Notes: generated by a model not told the origin, from the letters alone. 64,000 nucleotides of DNA from an uncultured Lentisphaerales bacterium (GCA_943788985.1 CALSSJ010000026.1:87744-151743); one strand, 5' to 3'; shown: positions 11,241 through 22,646, numbered from the stretch's first letter. Numbers and translations are program-made.

Positions 11241-13127
11241 TCATTGCTTCTCCTCTTCCACTTTCAGCGCTCGTTCGATTGCCGATATTCCCTTCGCGGT
11301 CGGGTTGTCCGGGCCGACGACCTGCGGGTAGGAGACCAGATAGTTGTTCTGGTCAATCAGGTTGATGTAATAATGGGTGGTACCTGCGGGCAATTTGACG
11401 GTCACCTGGTTTCCCGCGGACAGAGTCGCTGGGGTGCGCAGCCAGCCTCCCGGACCGCTCCGCTTGTAGATGAGGTCAGCGCGTACCACTGTGGCACCCT
11501 TCTCTTTATATGTCACAACAACGGTGTTCCCATTCCGCTCATGGGATAGCACAGTCGGCACCCACAGCTTCTCCCCCGTATTGCGGGGACACTGCGGGTT
11601 CAGGAATGGATAGCTGGCATTCCTTTCCGTCAGGATTTCCGTCAGCCGCTGAGCCATCGCCACAGTTTTCTCTGGCATGGCGCCAGCCAGGTTCTTGGCT
11701 TCCTCGATGTCCACCCGCTTCTGAGTGCCGTCTTCGGAGTTGTAGAGCCGGAAGAGCTCCCATTCTGGCTTGTCGAAGTAGTTGTGTACCAGCTTGTAGT
11801 CGCCGATACGAATCGTACTCTCCTGTGCTTTGCTCTGCGGAAAGTGCCAGACCATGGTGTCGCGGACACTCCCGTCTTGCTCTTTCACCAGGCTGGCATC
11901 AGATGGCTTCTTAGCCAGCAGCGTGCTGAGGTCGCAGCCGTCCAGCGTCTTACCAGTCGGCCTCGGCGTCTTCGTCCAGCTGAGAATGGTGGGGTAGAAG
12001 TCGAGTCCGTTGGCCATGACGTCGGTCTTCAGGCCCTTGGGGATGCCGGGGCCGGCAATGATCAGTGGCACACGCGTCCCGCCCTCCATGGCGGAGATCT
12101 TGCCTTTCTGGAGGGGGCGGTTGTCCGTGTACTTTTCTTTGGGGTCTCCCACCATTCCGCCGTTGTCCGAGGTAAAGATGAGGTAGGTGTTCTCAATCAG
12201 CTTGTGTCCCGGCCAACGCGGGTCATCCGTTTCTTTGAGATACTTCATGAGTTGCCCGGTGTAGTAGTCGAGCATCTCCACCATGGCGCCGTAGTAAGGA
12301 TTCTTCTGCCCTGCTTGATCTCTCACTTGAACCGGCCCGGGGCCGTCTGGAAATGGCAGGCCCATCTTCGCGCAGTATTTCTCAAGCAGCGCACGGGATT
12401 GGGTATGGATCGGTCCATGAACCAGCCAGGTGCACCAGTAGAGAAAGAAGGGCCGGTCTTTCGTTTGGGCCTGGTTCAGGAACTCGATGGCGTCGTCGAG
12501 ATTGTCGTGCTCTGGATAGCCATTTGCGTCAAGCGTGAACTTGGTGCCGGTCTCACCGGCGAAGACCTTGCTGCGATCCGGTGTCAGCAGAGTCCCCCCA
12601 CGGCGCGACCTGGAATAGTCAAAGCCCTGGGCATTTGCCGCCTTGGCATTGTGTGCGCCCATATGCCATTTCCCGGCATGGCCCGTGAAATAGCCATTGG
12701 TGCGGAGGACGGTCGCGATTGTGCGCTTACTCGTGGCGCCGCCTTGCTTCGACCACGGAGACAGGAAGGCCCAACCGCGGAAATGGTGCGGGGCAGGGGG
12801 AATCCCCCCGCCGACTCCGATCAAATTCGATCGCGCCGGAGCGATGCCACTCATGATCGCACTCCGAGACGGCATGCAGACCGGTGACGGCGAATAGCCC
12901 TGCCAGAACATCACGCCTTCTTTGGCCAGCGCATCGATATGCGGGGTTTCGTAGGGGGTCGGCTCGTCGATGTCATAGCAGACGACATCCTGCCAGCCGA
13001 GGTCGTCGGTTAGCAGCAGCAGCACGTTGGGCTTTTCGGGTCTGAGGCCATCGGCCAATGCCAACATCGTACCTGCCAGCAGACAGATGCCAACAGAGGC
13101 GGCTATCATTTCTTTGCTTCTACGCAC
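11241..13127 (-). CDS. Sulfatase (S1, Cys-type), secreted
   Basis: Signal peptide, 'PNVLLLLTDDLGW', 'CMPSRSAIMSG', 'GKWH', 'FTSDNGG', 'EGGTRVP'. Confidence 0.95.
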   Translation of the reverse strand: MRRSKEMIAASVGICLLAGTMLALADGLRPEKPNVLLLLTDDLGWQDVVCYDIDEPTPYETPHIDALAKEGVMFWQGYSPSPVCMPSRSAIMSGIAPARSNLIGVGGGIPPAPHHFRGWAFLSPWSKQGGATSKRTIATVLRTNGYFTGHAGKWHMGAHNAKAANAQGFDYSRSRRGGTLLTPDRSKVFAGETGTKFTLDANGYPEHDNLDDAIEFLNQAQTKDRPFFLYWCTWLVHGPIHTQSRALLEKYCAKMGLPFPDGPGPVQVRDQAGQKNPYYGAMVEMLDYYTGQLMKYLKETDDPRWPGHKLIENTYLIFTSDNGGMVGDPKEKYTDNRPLQKGKISAMEGGTRVPLIIAGPGIPKGLKTDVMANGLDFYPTILSWTKTPRPTGKTLDGCDLSTLLAKKPSDASLVKEQDGSVRDTMVWHFPQSKAQESTIRIGDYKLVHNYFDKPEWELFRLYNSEDGTQKRVDIEEAKNLAGAMPEKTVAMAQRLTEILTERNASYPFLNPQCPRNTGEKLWVPTVLSHERNGNTVVVTYKEKGATVVRADLIYKRSGPGGWLRTPATLSAGNQVTVKLPAGTTHYYINLIDQNNYLVSYPQVVGPDNPTAKGISAIERALKVEEEKQ

Positions 13128-13173
13128 TATTGACTTCTCCGTTTTGCGTTACGTCTTGGCCTGTTTATCGTGC

Positions 13174-15966
13174 CTAGTTCAGTGGGATATGCGCCTCGTC
13201 CATGAAGCCTTTCAGCCTGGTCAGGACTTCGGGGAAGGCATTGGCCAGGTTCTTAGTTTCGGCCAGATCGTCCTCTAGGTTGTAAAGCTCAATGGGCTGC
13301 AGCGTGCCGTTCTTGGCCACTTGAACCGCTTTCCAGTTGCCAGAACGAACCGAGCGAGCGGTGAACGGTATTTTGGCTCTCGCCTGAATAAACTCATGGT
13401 AGACGTATGGATGCTGTTTCTGCTTGCCTTTGCCGAGAAAGGTCGGCAGAATCGAGATGCCGTCGGACTGTTCGGGAACCGGCTGCCCGACGAGCTCCGC
13501 CATGGTCGGCAAAATATCCCAGAACGCGCTGAGATGTGCGCTTTCGCGACCAGCTACCACCTTTCCGGGCCAGCGCACGATGAAGGGGGCGCGGATGCCG
13601 CCTTCGTACAAATCGCGCTTGATCCCACGCAGGGGGCCGTTGGAATCCCAGAAGTTCGGGTCATGCCCGCCCTCCCGATGTGCGCCGTTGTCACTGGAGA
13701 ACAGGATCATGGTCGTGTCATCCACGCCGAGATCAGTCAGCATCTTGAGCAACTCGCCGATCTGGTTGTCAAAGTTTTCCATCATGGCCGCATAGCCGGC
13801 GATCGGGTTCTGCACGTCCGGGCAATCCTGGTCTTTCCCTGCGCCATAGCGGCCAATCTTCTTGTCAAACTGCGGATAGACTTTGCGCCACTTCGCGTGC
13901 AGGTCTGGTGGCCCATGCATCGCCGCATGGGGCACAGCGGTGGGGATATAGCAGAAGAAGGGCTTCTTGGCTGAGGCGTTGCTGCGTATGAAGTCAAAGG
14001 CGTCGGCCATGATCAAGTCGTGCACATAGGTTCCCTTGCTCAGCGGGATCTCTTTGCCGTCTCGGATGATGTTCTTTGGGTAGTAGGTGTGCGCGATGCC
14101 TTGGCTCTTCCAGCCGGAGAAGTGGTCAAAGCCATGCGTCAGCGGATTCGTAATGCCCTCGAGATGGGTGTGCCCTAGTCCCCACTTTCCGTAAGCGCCG
14201 GTGGCATACCCCCCATTCTTAAACAATCGTGGCAGAGTCGTCATGTTGGGATTGAGGGCAAAGTTGTTTTCGCTCCCGTTCCCCCGACAGTGGACAAGCC
14301 CGGGGTGCTGCCCAGTCATCAGGACTGCGCGCGACGGGGAACAGACCGTATTGCCGGAATAGTGATCCGTAAAGCGCATGCCTTCGGTCGCAATGCGATC
14401 GATGTTGGGTGTCTTGAGCTTCTTCTGTCCGTAGCACCCGAGGTCGCCATATCCGAGGTCATCGGCCAGGATGTAGATCACGTTGGGCCGTTGTGAAGGA
14501 TCTGAGCCTGCCTTTCCTATCTCCTGCTGCGTCTTTCTGCTCCATGCGTCCGTATCTTCGCGATGACCAGCTTTCTCTTTGGCTTCCTGGTACCTTGGGT
14601 TCCACTTCGTCGGGACGGGACAGTTCAGGGCAGTGCGCCACTGCTTCATCATGGCGTGAAGCTCTGCAGCTTTCTCTGGTGCCTTGGCTGCGATGTTTGT
14701 GCGCTCCCCCACATCCGCGGCCATATCGTAGAGTTCCAAGCGACTATCTTCGAAGTACTCGTGCAGTTTCCACTTCCCGAGCCGCATGGCGGAGCCGGGA
14801 CGAGTGCGGAAAAGCGGGTCGTGTGAATCGTCGGCTGCACCGGCGTATTGCTGCAGATAGACGGGGAAATGCCAATACAGGGCGCGCTCGGGAAAAGCGC
14901 CGGTTTGCGTCAGCAGCGGCAGCAGGCTGACGCCGTCCAAGACCTTTCCGGCTGGCGCCTCCAGCCCGGCGGCTTCCACAAAGGTGGGATAGAAGTCGAT
15001 GCCGATCACCGGCACATCGCTCGTAGTTCCTGGCGTGACCTTTGCTGGCCACCGCACCAAGAGCGGTTCGCGGATGCCTCCTTCGAAATAGGAGCCCTTG
15101 CCAGAGCGGTACGGAGCCTGCGTGGAGACATGTCGCATGCCGCCGTTGTCGGAGGTGAACAGAACAAGCGTGTTGTCCTTGAGGCCCAGTCGGTCGAGTT
15201 CGGCCACGATCTTGCCGATGCTTTCGTCCATCTTCTCGATCATGGATGCATAGGCCGCGTGGATGCCCGCCACGTCCTTGTACTTCTCCACCAAGCCCAG
15301 CACTGGCTGAAACCCCGCATGCACAGCGTAGTAGGCCATGTGCATGAAGAACGGCTGTTTTTTGTTTGCCTGCATGAAGGTGATGGCCTGATCTGCAAAG
15401 ATATCGCAGCGGTGTGTGCCTTTGGGATACTGACCGCTGAACGGCTGCATGGGGCCACTCTCGAAGGGCGAGAAGTAGCCCCCACCACTCGGACCGCCGG
15501 TCTTGCCGCCGCCGATGTTGATGTCAAATCCCTGTTTTGTGGGGTCTTCGCCTAAATGCCACTTCCCGAGGTGGATGGTCTTGTAGCCGCCGGCTTTGAG
15601 TGCCTCGGCCATCGTCACATTCTCGTCGGGAAGGTAGCGCGTGTTTGGTACGGGGATGAGCTTGCGGTCGGACGCCTTGCCACGTTCGGACGAGCCCACG
15701 GTATAGACTCCATGCCTGGCGGCATACTGCCCGCTCATGCAGGCTGCACGACTCGGCGCGCAGTTTGCGGCTGGCGCATAGGCTTCGGTGAAGACCATCC
15801 CTTCCGCTGCTAACTGGTCGAGGTTCGGCGTTCGATACTCGGTACGCCCCATGAACCCCACATCCATCACGCCGAGGTCGTCGGCGTTGAAATAGATGAT
15901 GTTGGGCTGCTTCGCTACCGTGACGATGCTTGCTAGAAGCAGGAGAATCAGGGCTGTTCGTTTCAT
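13174..15966 (-). CDS. Tandem double-domain sulfatase (two complete S1 domains)
   Basis: Domain 1 'PNIIYFNADDLG...CAPSRAACMSG'; domain 2 'PNVIYILADDLGYGD...CSPSRAVLMTG'; a single N-terminal signal peptide. Confidence 0.95.
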   Translation of the reverse strand: MKRTALILLLLASIVTVAKQPNIIYFNADDLGVMDVGFMGRTEYRTPNLDQLAAEGMVFTEAYAPAANCAPSRAACMSGQYAARHGVYTVGSSERGKASDRKLIPVPNTRYLPDENVTMAEALKAGGYKTIHLGKWHLGEDPTKQGFDINIGGGKTGGPSGGGYFSPFESGPMQPFSGQYPKGTHRCDIFADQAITFMQANKKQPFFMHMAYYAVHAGFQPVLGLVEKYKDVAGIHAAYASMIEKMDESIGKIVAELDRLGLKDNTLVLFTSDNGGMRHVSTQAPYRSGKGSYFEGGIREPLLVRWPAKVTPGTTSDVPVIGIDFYPTFVEAAGLEAPAGKVLDGVSLLPLLTQTGAFPERALYWHFPVYLQQYAGAADDSHDPLFRTRPGSAMRLGKWKLHEYFEDSRLELYDMAADVGERTNIAAKAPEKAAELHAMMKQWRTALNCPVPTKWNPRYQEAKEKAGHREDTDAWSRKTQQEIGKAGSDPSQRPNVIYILADDLGYGDLGCYGQKKLKTPNIDRIATEGMRFTDHYSGNTVCSPSRAVLMTGQHPGLVHCRGNGSENNFALNPNMTTLPRLFKNGGYATGAYGKWGLGHTHLEGITNPLTHGFDHFSGWKSQGIAHTYYPKNIIRDGKEIPLSKGTYVHDLIMADAFDFIRSNASAKKPFFCYIPTAVPHAAMHGPPDLHAKWRKVYPQFDKKIGRYGAGKDQDCPDVQNPIAGYAAMMENFDNQIGELLKMLTDLGVDDTTMILFSSDNGAHREGGHDPNFWDSNGPLRGIKRDLYEGGIRAPFIVRWPGKVVAGRESAHLSAFWDILPTMAELVGQPVPEQSDGISILPTFLGKGKQKQHPYVYHEFIQARAKIPFTARSVRSGNWKAVQVAKNGTLQPIELYNLEDDLAETKNLANAFPEVLTRLKGFMDEAHIPLN

Positions 15967-17579
15967 TGGGGGCGATACTTTCGTTCAGTAGTGTTTCTGG
16001 GCCGACTGCGGCCAGCGTCCAGCAACTTCTGCAATTCGATTTTCATACGCTGAAAGACTTCAGGATGCAGTGTGGCCACATCGTTGGATTCAGCCGGATC
16101 ACTCTCCAGATCATAGAGGGTGTGTGTGAATGTCAGCGGAGCACGATTGCCATCCGGTTCGCCAGCCTTCTTTCTGGGGGCTCTGTTCGGTTTCCGCTGG
16201 AGCTTCCATGTTCCTGCTCGGTAGCCGAAGGCGCTGTTGACACCGTCTCTTCCATTATCCTGCTGAATCAGCTGGCTGCGTCCTGAGGCTCCGTCTTTGC
16301 CGAGGAGGGCGGGCATCACGTCCAGGCTGTCCAGGCAGGCATCGCCTGGGATCGGCACGCCAAGATACGTGGCGAGGCTGGCTGCCAGGTCAATGGTGCA
16401 GACCACCTCATCGGATACACCCGGCTCGATCGTGCCAGGCCACCAGGTGATGAAGGGCGTCCGGGTGCCGCCTTCCTGTATGCGGTATTTCCCGCCTGAA
16501 AATGGCCCGGCGGGCTTGTGGTCATGGAGCTTTTCCTTAGCCCCGTCCTTGTAGCCGTCGCCGAGCACCGAGCCGTTGTCCGAGCAGAAGACAACCAAGG
16601 TATTCTTCTCCACCCCCTGCTCCTTGAGGATCTTGATGAGTTCGCCAACACTCCAATCCAGCTGGACGATGGCATCGCCGCGCCAACCGGTGCGGGATGT
16701 TCCGTGAAAGCGTTCATGCGGCATGCGCGGCACATGGATGTCGTGCGAGGCAAAGAACAGAAAGAAGGGATTGTCTTTGTTCCGCGTGATCCACTCCCTG
16801 GATTTCTCCACCCACTTATCGGCGAGGTCTTCATCGCGAAAGCGGGCCGCATGGCCGCCGGTGTAGAACCCGATTCGGCTGATGCCGTTGTGAATCGTGC
16901 TGTTATGGCCATGGCTCCAGTCCATCTTCAGACTCTCGCGGTGAGTCTTGCCCGTGGGATGGTCCAGCCCCGGGCGATGATGCCCAACCCAAAGCGGGTC
17001 CGCAGGATCAAGATTCAGGACGCGGTGGTTTTCCACATACACCTGCGGCACCCGGTCGTTGGTGGTGGGCAACAGGAATGAATAGTCGAAACCGATTTCG
17101 AGCGGGCCGGGCTTCAGATCGCCATTCCAGTCCGGGCGTTTGTTCCCCAATCCGAGGTGCCATTTTCCGATGACAGCAGTCTTATAGCCGCCTTTTTGCA
17201 ACAGATCGGGCAGGGTCACGACATCCGGTCGAATCAAGGCGGGAGAATTTGGACCAGCGATCCCCGTTCCCGTCACGCGGAAGGCGTGGGTGCCCGTCAA
17301 GAACGCATAGCGGGTCGGCGTGCAGGTGGCGGCGGAGCAGTAGCCACTGGTAAAGCGAATGCCTTCGGCGGCGAGTCGGTCGATGTGCGGAGTTTTAATG
17401 TTTTCCGGCCGGGCTCCGTAACAGCCCACGTCACCGTAGCCAAGATCATCCGCCATGATGACCACGATATTGGGCCGTTTCGCTGCTGCCTGCTGATTCG
17501 ACGCGAGTCCAGCATCGGGCGCCGCATTCAGTCCGACGGCGACAGCAAGGACTGCTTGCAGTATGGTGAGATAGCGCAT
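15963..17579 (-). CDS. Arylsulfatase-like S1 sulfatase
   Basis: 'PNIVVIMADDLGYGD', 'CTPTRYAFLTG', 'GKWHLG'. Start ATG 17579 (alternative 17636). Confidence 0.95.
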   Translation of the reverse strand: MRYLTILQAVLAVAVGLNAAPDAGLASNQQAAAKRPNIVVIMADDLGYGDVGCYGARPENIKTPHIDRLAAEGIRFTSGYCSAATCTPTRYAFLTGTHAFRVTGTGIAGPNSPALIRPDVVTLPDLLQKGGYKTAVIGKWHLGLGNKRPDWNGDLKPGPLEIGFDYSFLLPTTNDRVPQVYVENHRVLNLDPADPLWVGHHRPGLDHPTGKTHRESLKMDWSHGHNSTIHNGISRIGFYTGGHAARFRDEDLADKWVEKSREWITRNKDNPFFLFFASHDIHVPRMPHERFHGTSRTGWRGDAIVQLDWSVGELIKILKEQGVEKNTLVVFCSDNGSVLGDGYKDGAKEKLHDHKPAGPFSGGKYRIQEGGTRTPFITWWPGTIEPGVSDEVVCTIDLAASLATYLGVPIPGDACLDSLDVMPALLGKDGASGRSQLIQQDNGRDGVNSAFGYRAGTWKLQRKPNRAPRKKAGEPDGNRAPLTFTHTLYDLESDPAESNDVATLHPEVFQRMKIELQKLLDAGRSRPRNTTERKYRPQ

Positions 17580-17718
17580 GGGGGAATTTCTCTGGATCGT
17601 GAGTCTGCCATTGTGTGCAGGAGTATGTTTATTCAACGTGCCCTACGCCAACTGTAGGACGCCAACTCGTACCCGAGCGGCAGTGAGTGAATCTGTGCAC
17701 CCGAAACCTGTTTAGTCA

Positions 17719-18828
17719 TCATCTGCCGGTGCCAAACGCGACGTGACCTTCGCGCGCCTCGAGATCAACGGTTACGTCTACGTGTTCAAACTGACGGTGA
17801 AACACCCAGCTCTCGGGACTCTTGCGAACAGCCTCGCCGAGCGGCTTGCCCAGTGGACGTTGCAGTTCAGGCTGAGGGCAGAGTGGGCCGGTACACAGGT
17901 CCCAGCCCCAGCCATACTGCAGATAGCTGTTCTCCTGGGCTCCGATCAGAAATGCGGCAAGGTAGTAGGCAATGCGCTCGCGGGACAGGGAAGCCAGGTA
18001 CTCATTTGTCAGTTTCTGCCCGCTCTCGCGTCTTGCAACTGCCGCCTGGTCCTGTTCCACGCCAATCCGCCACACGGAGATCTTACCGGCGTCGGCGATT
18101 TGTTTCATCAACGCCCAGTCACTGACAATCCCCTCCTTCGACAGCAAGTGGGGCTGGTAGTGCTCAAACATAAAGGCGTCGCCGGCCTCGAAGAGCTCCG
18201 GAATGTGCGCAGCATTGTTCAGCAGAAGCATTTTATCGGGGCCCATCGCTTCCTTGGCCATGCGCATCATCAACGCCTGTGCGTCGGCGACATCGTCTTT
18301 CCGCTCTTCACGCAGCCACGAGAATCCATGCATCTGGTCCACAAACAGTCCGTTGCCACCGGAGTCCCTGACAAATTCTGCCACGGCATCCACCCACCAG
18401 GCCCGGAACTCAGGGTTGAGCACATCGAAGTAGTGGACATGGTCGCCCTCGCGATAGGCCAGTTCACCAGTCTCGGGGTCTGTGAGCAGGAAGGCCTTGT
18501 AGCGCGCGTTCTCTGGCTCGTGGATAGCCCCCTTGTTGTCAAAGACTTTGGCCCGCTGGATGAACGGATAGGCAAAGGCCGAGTTCAGATAAACCAGGCA
18601 AGTCATATCTGGCTTCAGGGCCTTGAACTGGGCGATCGCATGCTTGGCGCCAGCATCAGCAGAGCCCAAGTCATGCAGGCCGTGCTTCTTCTCGACACAC
18701 AGGAAGTCGGTGGTCTCGGCGATTGTTCGGACATCCTCGTCCTTGAACTGAACGTAGTCCGCAAACATCTGGTAGACGGGCGTTGTGGCCCACGAGAATG
18801 GGGGACGCATTGCGATGTGTGTGCTCAA
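17719..18828 (-). CDS. Putative glycoside hydrolase (GHL15-like hypothetical GH, TIM barrel)
   Basis: 'FDVLNPEFRAWW...GLFVDQ', 'MFEHY', 'YYLAAFLIGA', 'LGKPLG...RQFEHVDVTVD'; lies in a sulfatase operon. Confidence 0.6.
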   Translation of the reverse strand: MSTHIAMRPPFSWATTPVYQMFADYVQFKDEDVRTIAETTDFLCVEKKHGLHDLGSADAGAKHAIAQFKALKPDMTCLVYLNSAFAYPFIQRAKVFDNKGAIHEPENARYKAFLLTDPETGELAYREGDHVHYFDVLNPEFRAWWVDAVAEFVRDSGGNGLFVDQMHGFSWLREERKDDVADAQALMMRMAKEAMGPDKMLLLNNAAHIPELFEAGDAFMFEHYQPHLLSKEGIVSDWALMKQIADAGKISVWRIGVEQDQAAVARRESGQKLTNEYLASLSRERIAYYLAAFLIGAQENSYLQYGWGWDLCTGPLCPQPELQRPLGKPLGEAVRKSPESWVFHRQFEHVDVTVDLEAREGHVAFGTGR

Positions 18829-18884
18829 AGTGTGGTATCCTTTCGGAGAGCCTAGTTGGTTGCGGATGGGGGCCGGGAAGGGAA

Positions 18885-19740
18885 TCAGTCACCTTCGACG
18901 ATGGACCAGGCCCCTTTTGGGAAGAAGGTCGAGCCAGTGCCAATAATCTCCGGGGCATCGTAGCGATAGTTGGCCACATTGCCAGCAGCCATCAGGTAGT
19001 TCACCTTCAGCACATCCCCATGTTTGGTCAACGTGCCATTTGCTGAGTGGATGAACATTTGAACGTCCGGGTAGGCTAGATCCTGTCCGTAGCCCTGGGT
19101 GCCATTGCTATTGTTCCAACGCTCCCACTCGGTGAGCAAGATCGTTCCTGTCGCATCAGCCACATTGGCTCCCTTGCGTTCGAATTTGGTCTGCGAAAAA
19201 AGATAGCCGGGGCTTGAGGCCCAGTCGAACGGTGCGCGGAGCCCGATGGCGTCACGAGACTGGTTATGAATGCGCGGCATGGCGTAATCCTGCGCCGCTC
19301 TGTAATGGTCGCTACTGGTGCGAAGTGTGCTTGCTGATGGGCATTGGTAGAGATCGGTTGCGAATCCGTTGTTGTACGTGAACCACTGCCACATCAGGGG
19401 CGTTTGTCCGCCTTGAATATATGGATATAGGGCCTTGTCCCAACCAAAACCTGCGAATCCTCCAGCCGAGTCGCTTCCAGCATACGGAAAGTGGTCATCA
19501 TAGTCATCCATGTACATGGCGTTGGCCAGGCCCATCTGCTTCAGGTTATTGGCACAGGCAGCCCTCCGGGCTGTGCCGCGTGCTTTGCTAAGTGCTGGCA
19601 GTAGCAGCGATGCCAAGATCGCAATGATGGCGATGACGACCAGCAACTCAATCAACGTAAACCCGTGCCGAATGGCATTGCGTGGCGATTGCTGATAGAA
19701 AAACGTTTTGCGACTACTAAATCGGGGTGTGTGGTGTCAT
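18885..19740 (-). CDS. Prepilin-type N-terminal cleavage/methylation domain protein (DUF1559/H-X9-DG-like)
   Basis: '[44 protein letters not shown]'; C-terminal '[15 protein letters not shown]'. The ATG at 19740 joins the frame only if one base of the run at 19724-19727 is removed. Confidence 0.85.
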
Positions 19741-20209
19741 CGTCATTCCACTTTCTCTGATCATGTTTCTGCCTCCAATTGTTGGCGCTCCGATCCAGTA
19801 GGTCCGGCTCTGTCGTTCTCGTTGTAATCCTTGCTGCGGACCACTCGCTATGCGCAGCGAAATTTTCAGGCACAACTTAACCATTCAGGATATCTTCATC
19901 TACCGCGTTTCTTGCATCTCTCCAAGGCGTTGCTTCAGGCTCACAGAGCAAACCCGACGCCACGGCGCTTTTCCATTGCTCTTCATAGAACCAATATACC
20001 CCAAGGCCGACACCTGCACATTACCCAAGCGCCCATAGCTGTATCCGATCTCACCAAGGTGCTGTGAGACCGCTGTTCACAGACCAACACTCTTCCTCGA
20101 CGACAATGGAGGCAGACACATGCTGTTTTGCTGGAATCGCGTGAACAATTTGCGCGGACTCTCAATTGCCATTTGGTCTGGTGCGACCTGCTTGCAGGGC
20201 TTGTTGTAA

Positions 20210-20300
20210 CGCCCCCTTCATGCGCTCGAATACTTCGGGATTCTGCTTGGCAAGATTCTTGGACACCACGGGATCGCCATCCAGATCGTAAAGTTTAAAC
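20210..20300 (-). pseudogene. Sulfatase C-terminal remnant
   Basis: Minus strand reads 'FKLYDLDGDPVVSKNLAKQNPEVFERMK', the typical sulfatase C-terminal motif. Confidence 0.6.
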
Positions 20301-20369
20301 GAAGCAGTACCGATCGTGCCGGTTTTACGGTCAGATTTAGCGATCCGCTGCAGTTTTTACTTGCCATTC

Positions 20370-20735
20370 AGCGGTCCCCAATACTTTTTTTAGCGCAACA
20401 TAGCCGCCCATGAGTTCGCCTATGACCTTGTCCTTCTGCCGAAGCTTCTCCTCGAAACGATTGATCTGGGCATCCTGGCGTTTCTTGACCGGGTTGCGCT
20501 CAAAGGCGGGATGCCCGCCTGCAAACAGCTTCCTCTGCCAGCGATAGAACATCGCTGGACTGATCTGGTATTGATCGCAGACATCTGAGACCGGACGGTT
20601 CTCGATCAGGTGTTCACGCAGAATCGTAACCTTCTGCTCGGCGCTGTAGGACTTTCGTGTTACCACAAGGCTCTCCCCATCTCTTTTGAAGAGCCTCTTA
20701 GCAAGCCCAACCGAGATGTCCAATTTCAGCTGAGG
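20370..20735 (-). mobile_element. Truncated IS3-family element (orfA HTH plus A7G frameshift site; orfB lost)
   Basis: 'RKSYSAEQKVTILREHL...VSDVCDQYQISPAMFYRWQRKLF' (HTH_Tnp_1-like). AAAAAAAG at 20391-20384 at the end of orfA; no DDE domain follows. Confidence 0.75.
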
Positions 20736-20879
20736 CGAAGCAACCTTGCCTGCTTGGCAGCGCCTCACCGCCACCTTTCTCGCCCTTGGCGTAAAGCTGC
20801 CATTTCCCGAAATGGCAGCTAGCGCACCCGGCAGCCTCAAGAGCATCGGCTATCGTCTCAGCGTCCTCGGCAACGCCAT

Positions 20880-21217
20880 CCCAATTGGGGACCGGAGTCA
20901 GCCGCATTTTTTTTGGGGTCCCGGTTGGTCAAACTGACAACAAAAGCATGGTGCCGTGACGTATAGTTTCCGGATAGAAGGCAGGCGCGGGCGGGCTGAC
21001 AGTTCGCGGCATTGGCATACGCATCAGTAAAGACCACCCCCTGTTTGGCCATGGTGTCGAGTACCGGTGTTTTGCATTCGCCGTGAGATTGATAAACAAC
21101 ATCCTTCCATCCCTGATCATCCGCATAGGTTAGAACAATGTTCGGACGGGTGTTGGCTGCTGCAAAGAAGGGAGCAAAGGGCTGGGCCAAAATTCCCAAC
21201 CATTGCGATTACTTCAT
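20880..21217 (-). pseudogene. Sulfatase N-terminal remnant
   Basis: 'RPNIVLTYADDQGWKD...TPVLDTMAKQGVVFTDAYANAANCQPARACLLSG'; early stop after 'MK' and truncated downstream. Confidence 0.8.
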
Positions 21218-21238
21218 TGGTTGGTCCCCTTTTCCTCG

Positions 21239-22646
21239 GAGTAACTTGCAGAAGTTGTTTATGACGAGTTTGAAAGGGTGAGGCGCTCTGCCCACGGTAC
21301 GGGTGTCGAAGGCCAAACAGAGGGAGAGCGCCTCATGCTCACCTCATCTTTTGAATCGTTGTCGTCAACTGGTGCACAGGCCAGCTTAGAAGAAGCGCTG
21401 GGTGGCCACCCGCGCGGTGCGCCGCAGGAAATGCTCGAAGAAGAACTTGGCCAGTTTCTCAACGAGATGCGCGGCGAGCGAACAGATGATGGTCGTCAGG
21501 CGGTTGTTCGCAATGGTTGCCACAAAGAGCAGTTTATCCAGACCGCTCTTGGCCTGGTTCCCGTTTTTGTTCCACGTGCGCGGGATCGCTCTGTTGGTGG
21601 TGATGGTTTTCAAAGCGCCATCATTCCACACTGCAAACGACGATCTGTCACCTTGGATAAGGCAGTCTGCTACTTCTAGCGCAAGGGGGTGTCCACTGGC
21701 GACATGTTGCCGGTGCTGCTGGAGCTGTTCGGGCCTGACGTCGGCAACCTTTCGAGCGCGTGCGTGAGCCGGCTGACAAGTCGCTGGAGTGACGAGTACC
21801 AACAGTGGAAGAGCCGTGAACTGAGCACTGAGCAGTACGTATACGTGTGGGTTGACGGCATCCACTTCAACGTGCGCACGGACGAGAACAAGCTCTGCAC
21901 GCTGGTGGTCATGGGATCGACCAAGGACGGCCGCAAAGAACTCATCACGGTGGAAGGCGGTTACCGCGAAAGTACCGAGAGTTGGGCGGTCATGCTGCGC
22001 GCTCTTCGCAGCCGTGGCATGCAGCCACCGAAGTTGTTTATTGGCGACGGTGCTCTTGGCTTCTCGAGCGCCGCTGGTCAAGTCTACCCCGAGAGTTGCA
22101 ATCAGCGGTGTTGGGTTCACAAGTCGGCCAACATCCTCGACAAGCTGCCCAAGAAGGTGCAGCCGAAGACCAAAGGCATGATTCACGAGATGTACCAGGC
22201 CGAGACCAAGGCCGACGCCCTGGCAAGGCATCAGCGCTTCCTGAATGGGTTCACAAACAAGTATTCAGGGTCGGTGGCCTGCCTAAATGACAGCTTCGAC
22301 GAGCTGTTCGCATTCTACGACTTCCCGGCAGCCCACTGGCGCCCCATCGGCGCAACCAACCCGATCGAGTCGACGTTCGCCACCGTCCGTAAACGGACCT
22401 ACTCAACCCGTGGACAAGGCTCGCAGACAAGCACACTGGCCCTGGCTTTCAAGCTTGCTCTGGAGGCGTCCAAGGGGTGGCGACGGCTAAACGGACACGC
22501 CCTGATCATCAAGCTCTTCGGCCCAAGCATAATGTTTGAAAACGGAATCGAAAAACACAAGTAAGCTGCTTAAACCAAGACACTGGTGACCCCGAAATGA
22601 CTGACCTCACCCCACAAATCCCGTACACAACATTCGAAAGTTGCTC
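21239..22646 (+). mobile_element. IS256-family insertion sequence (about 1.41 kb) with imperfect terminal inverted repeats
   Basis: Left end 'gagtaacttgcagaagttgtttatg...gggtgagg'; reverse complement of right end 'gagcaactttcgaatgttgtgtacg...gggtgagg'. No matching target-site duplication. Confidence 0.88.
21335..22564 (+). pseudogene. IS256 (Mutator) transposase with in-frame TAG at 21677
   Basis: 'VVRNG', 'VPRARDR', 'KGVSTGD', 'YVWVDGIHF', 'IGDGALGF', 'QRCWVHK', 'TNPIESTFATVR'. Confidence 0.9.

Noticed and set aside
17743..18855. Long antisense ORFs (e.g. 17743-18855 +, 11784-12887 +, 37891-38937 +, 1873-2652 -)
   Set aside because: Shadows of real genes on the opposite strand in GC-rich DNA; no recognisable motifs.
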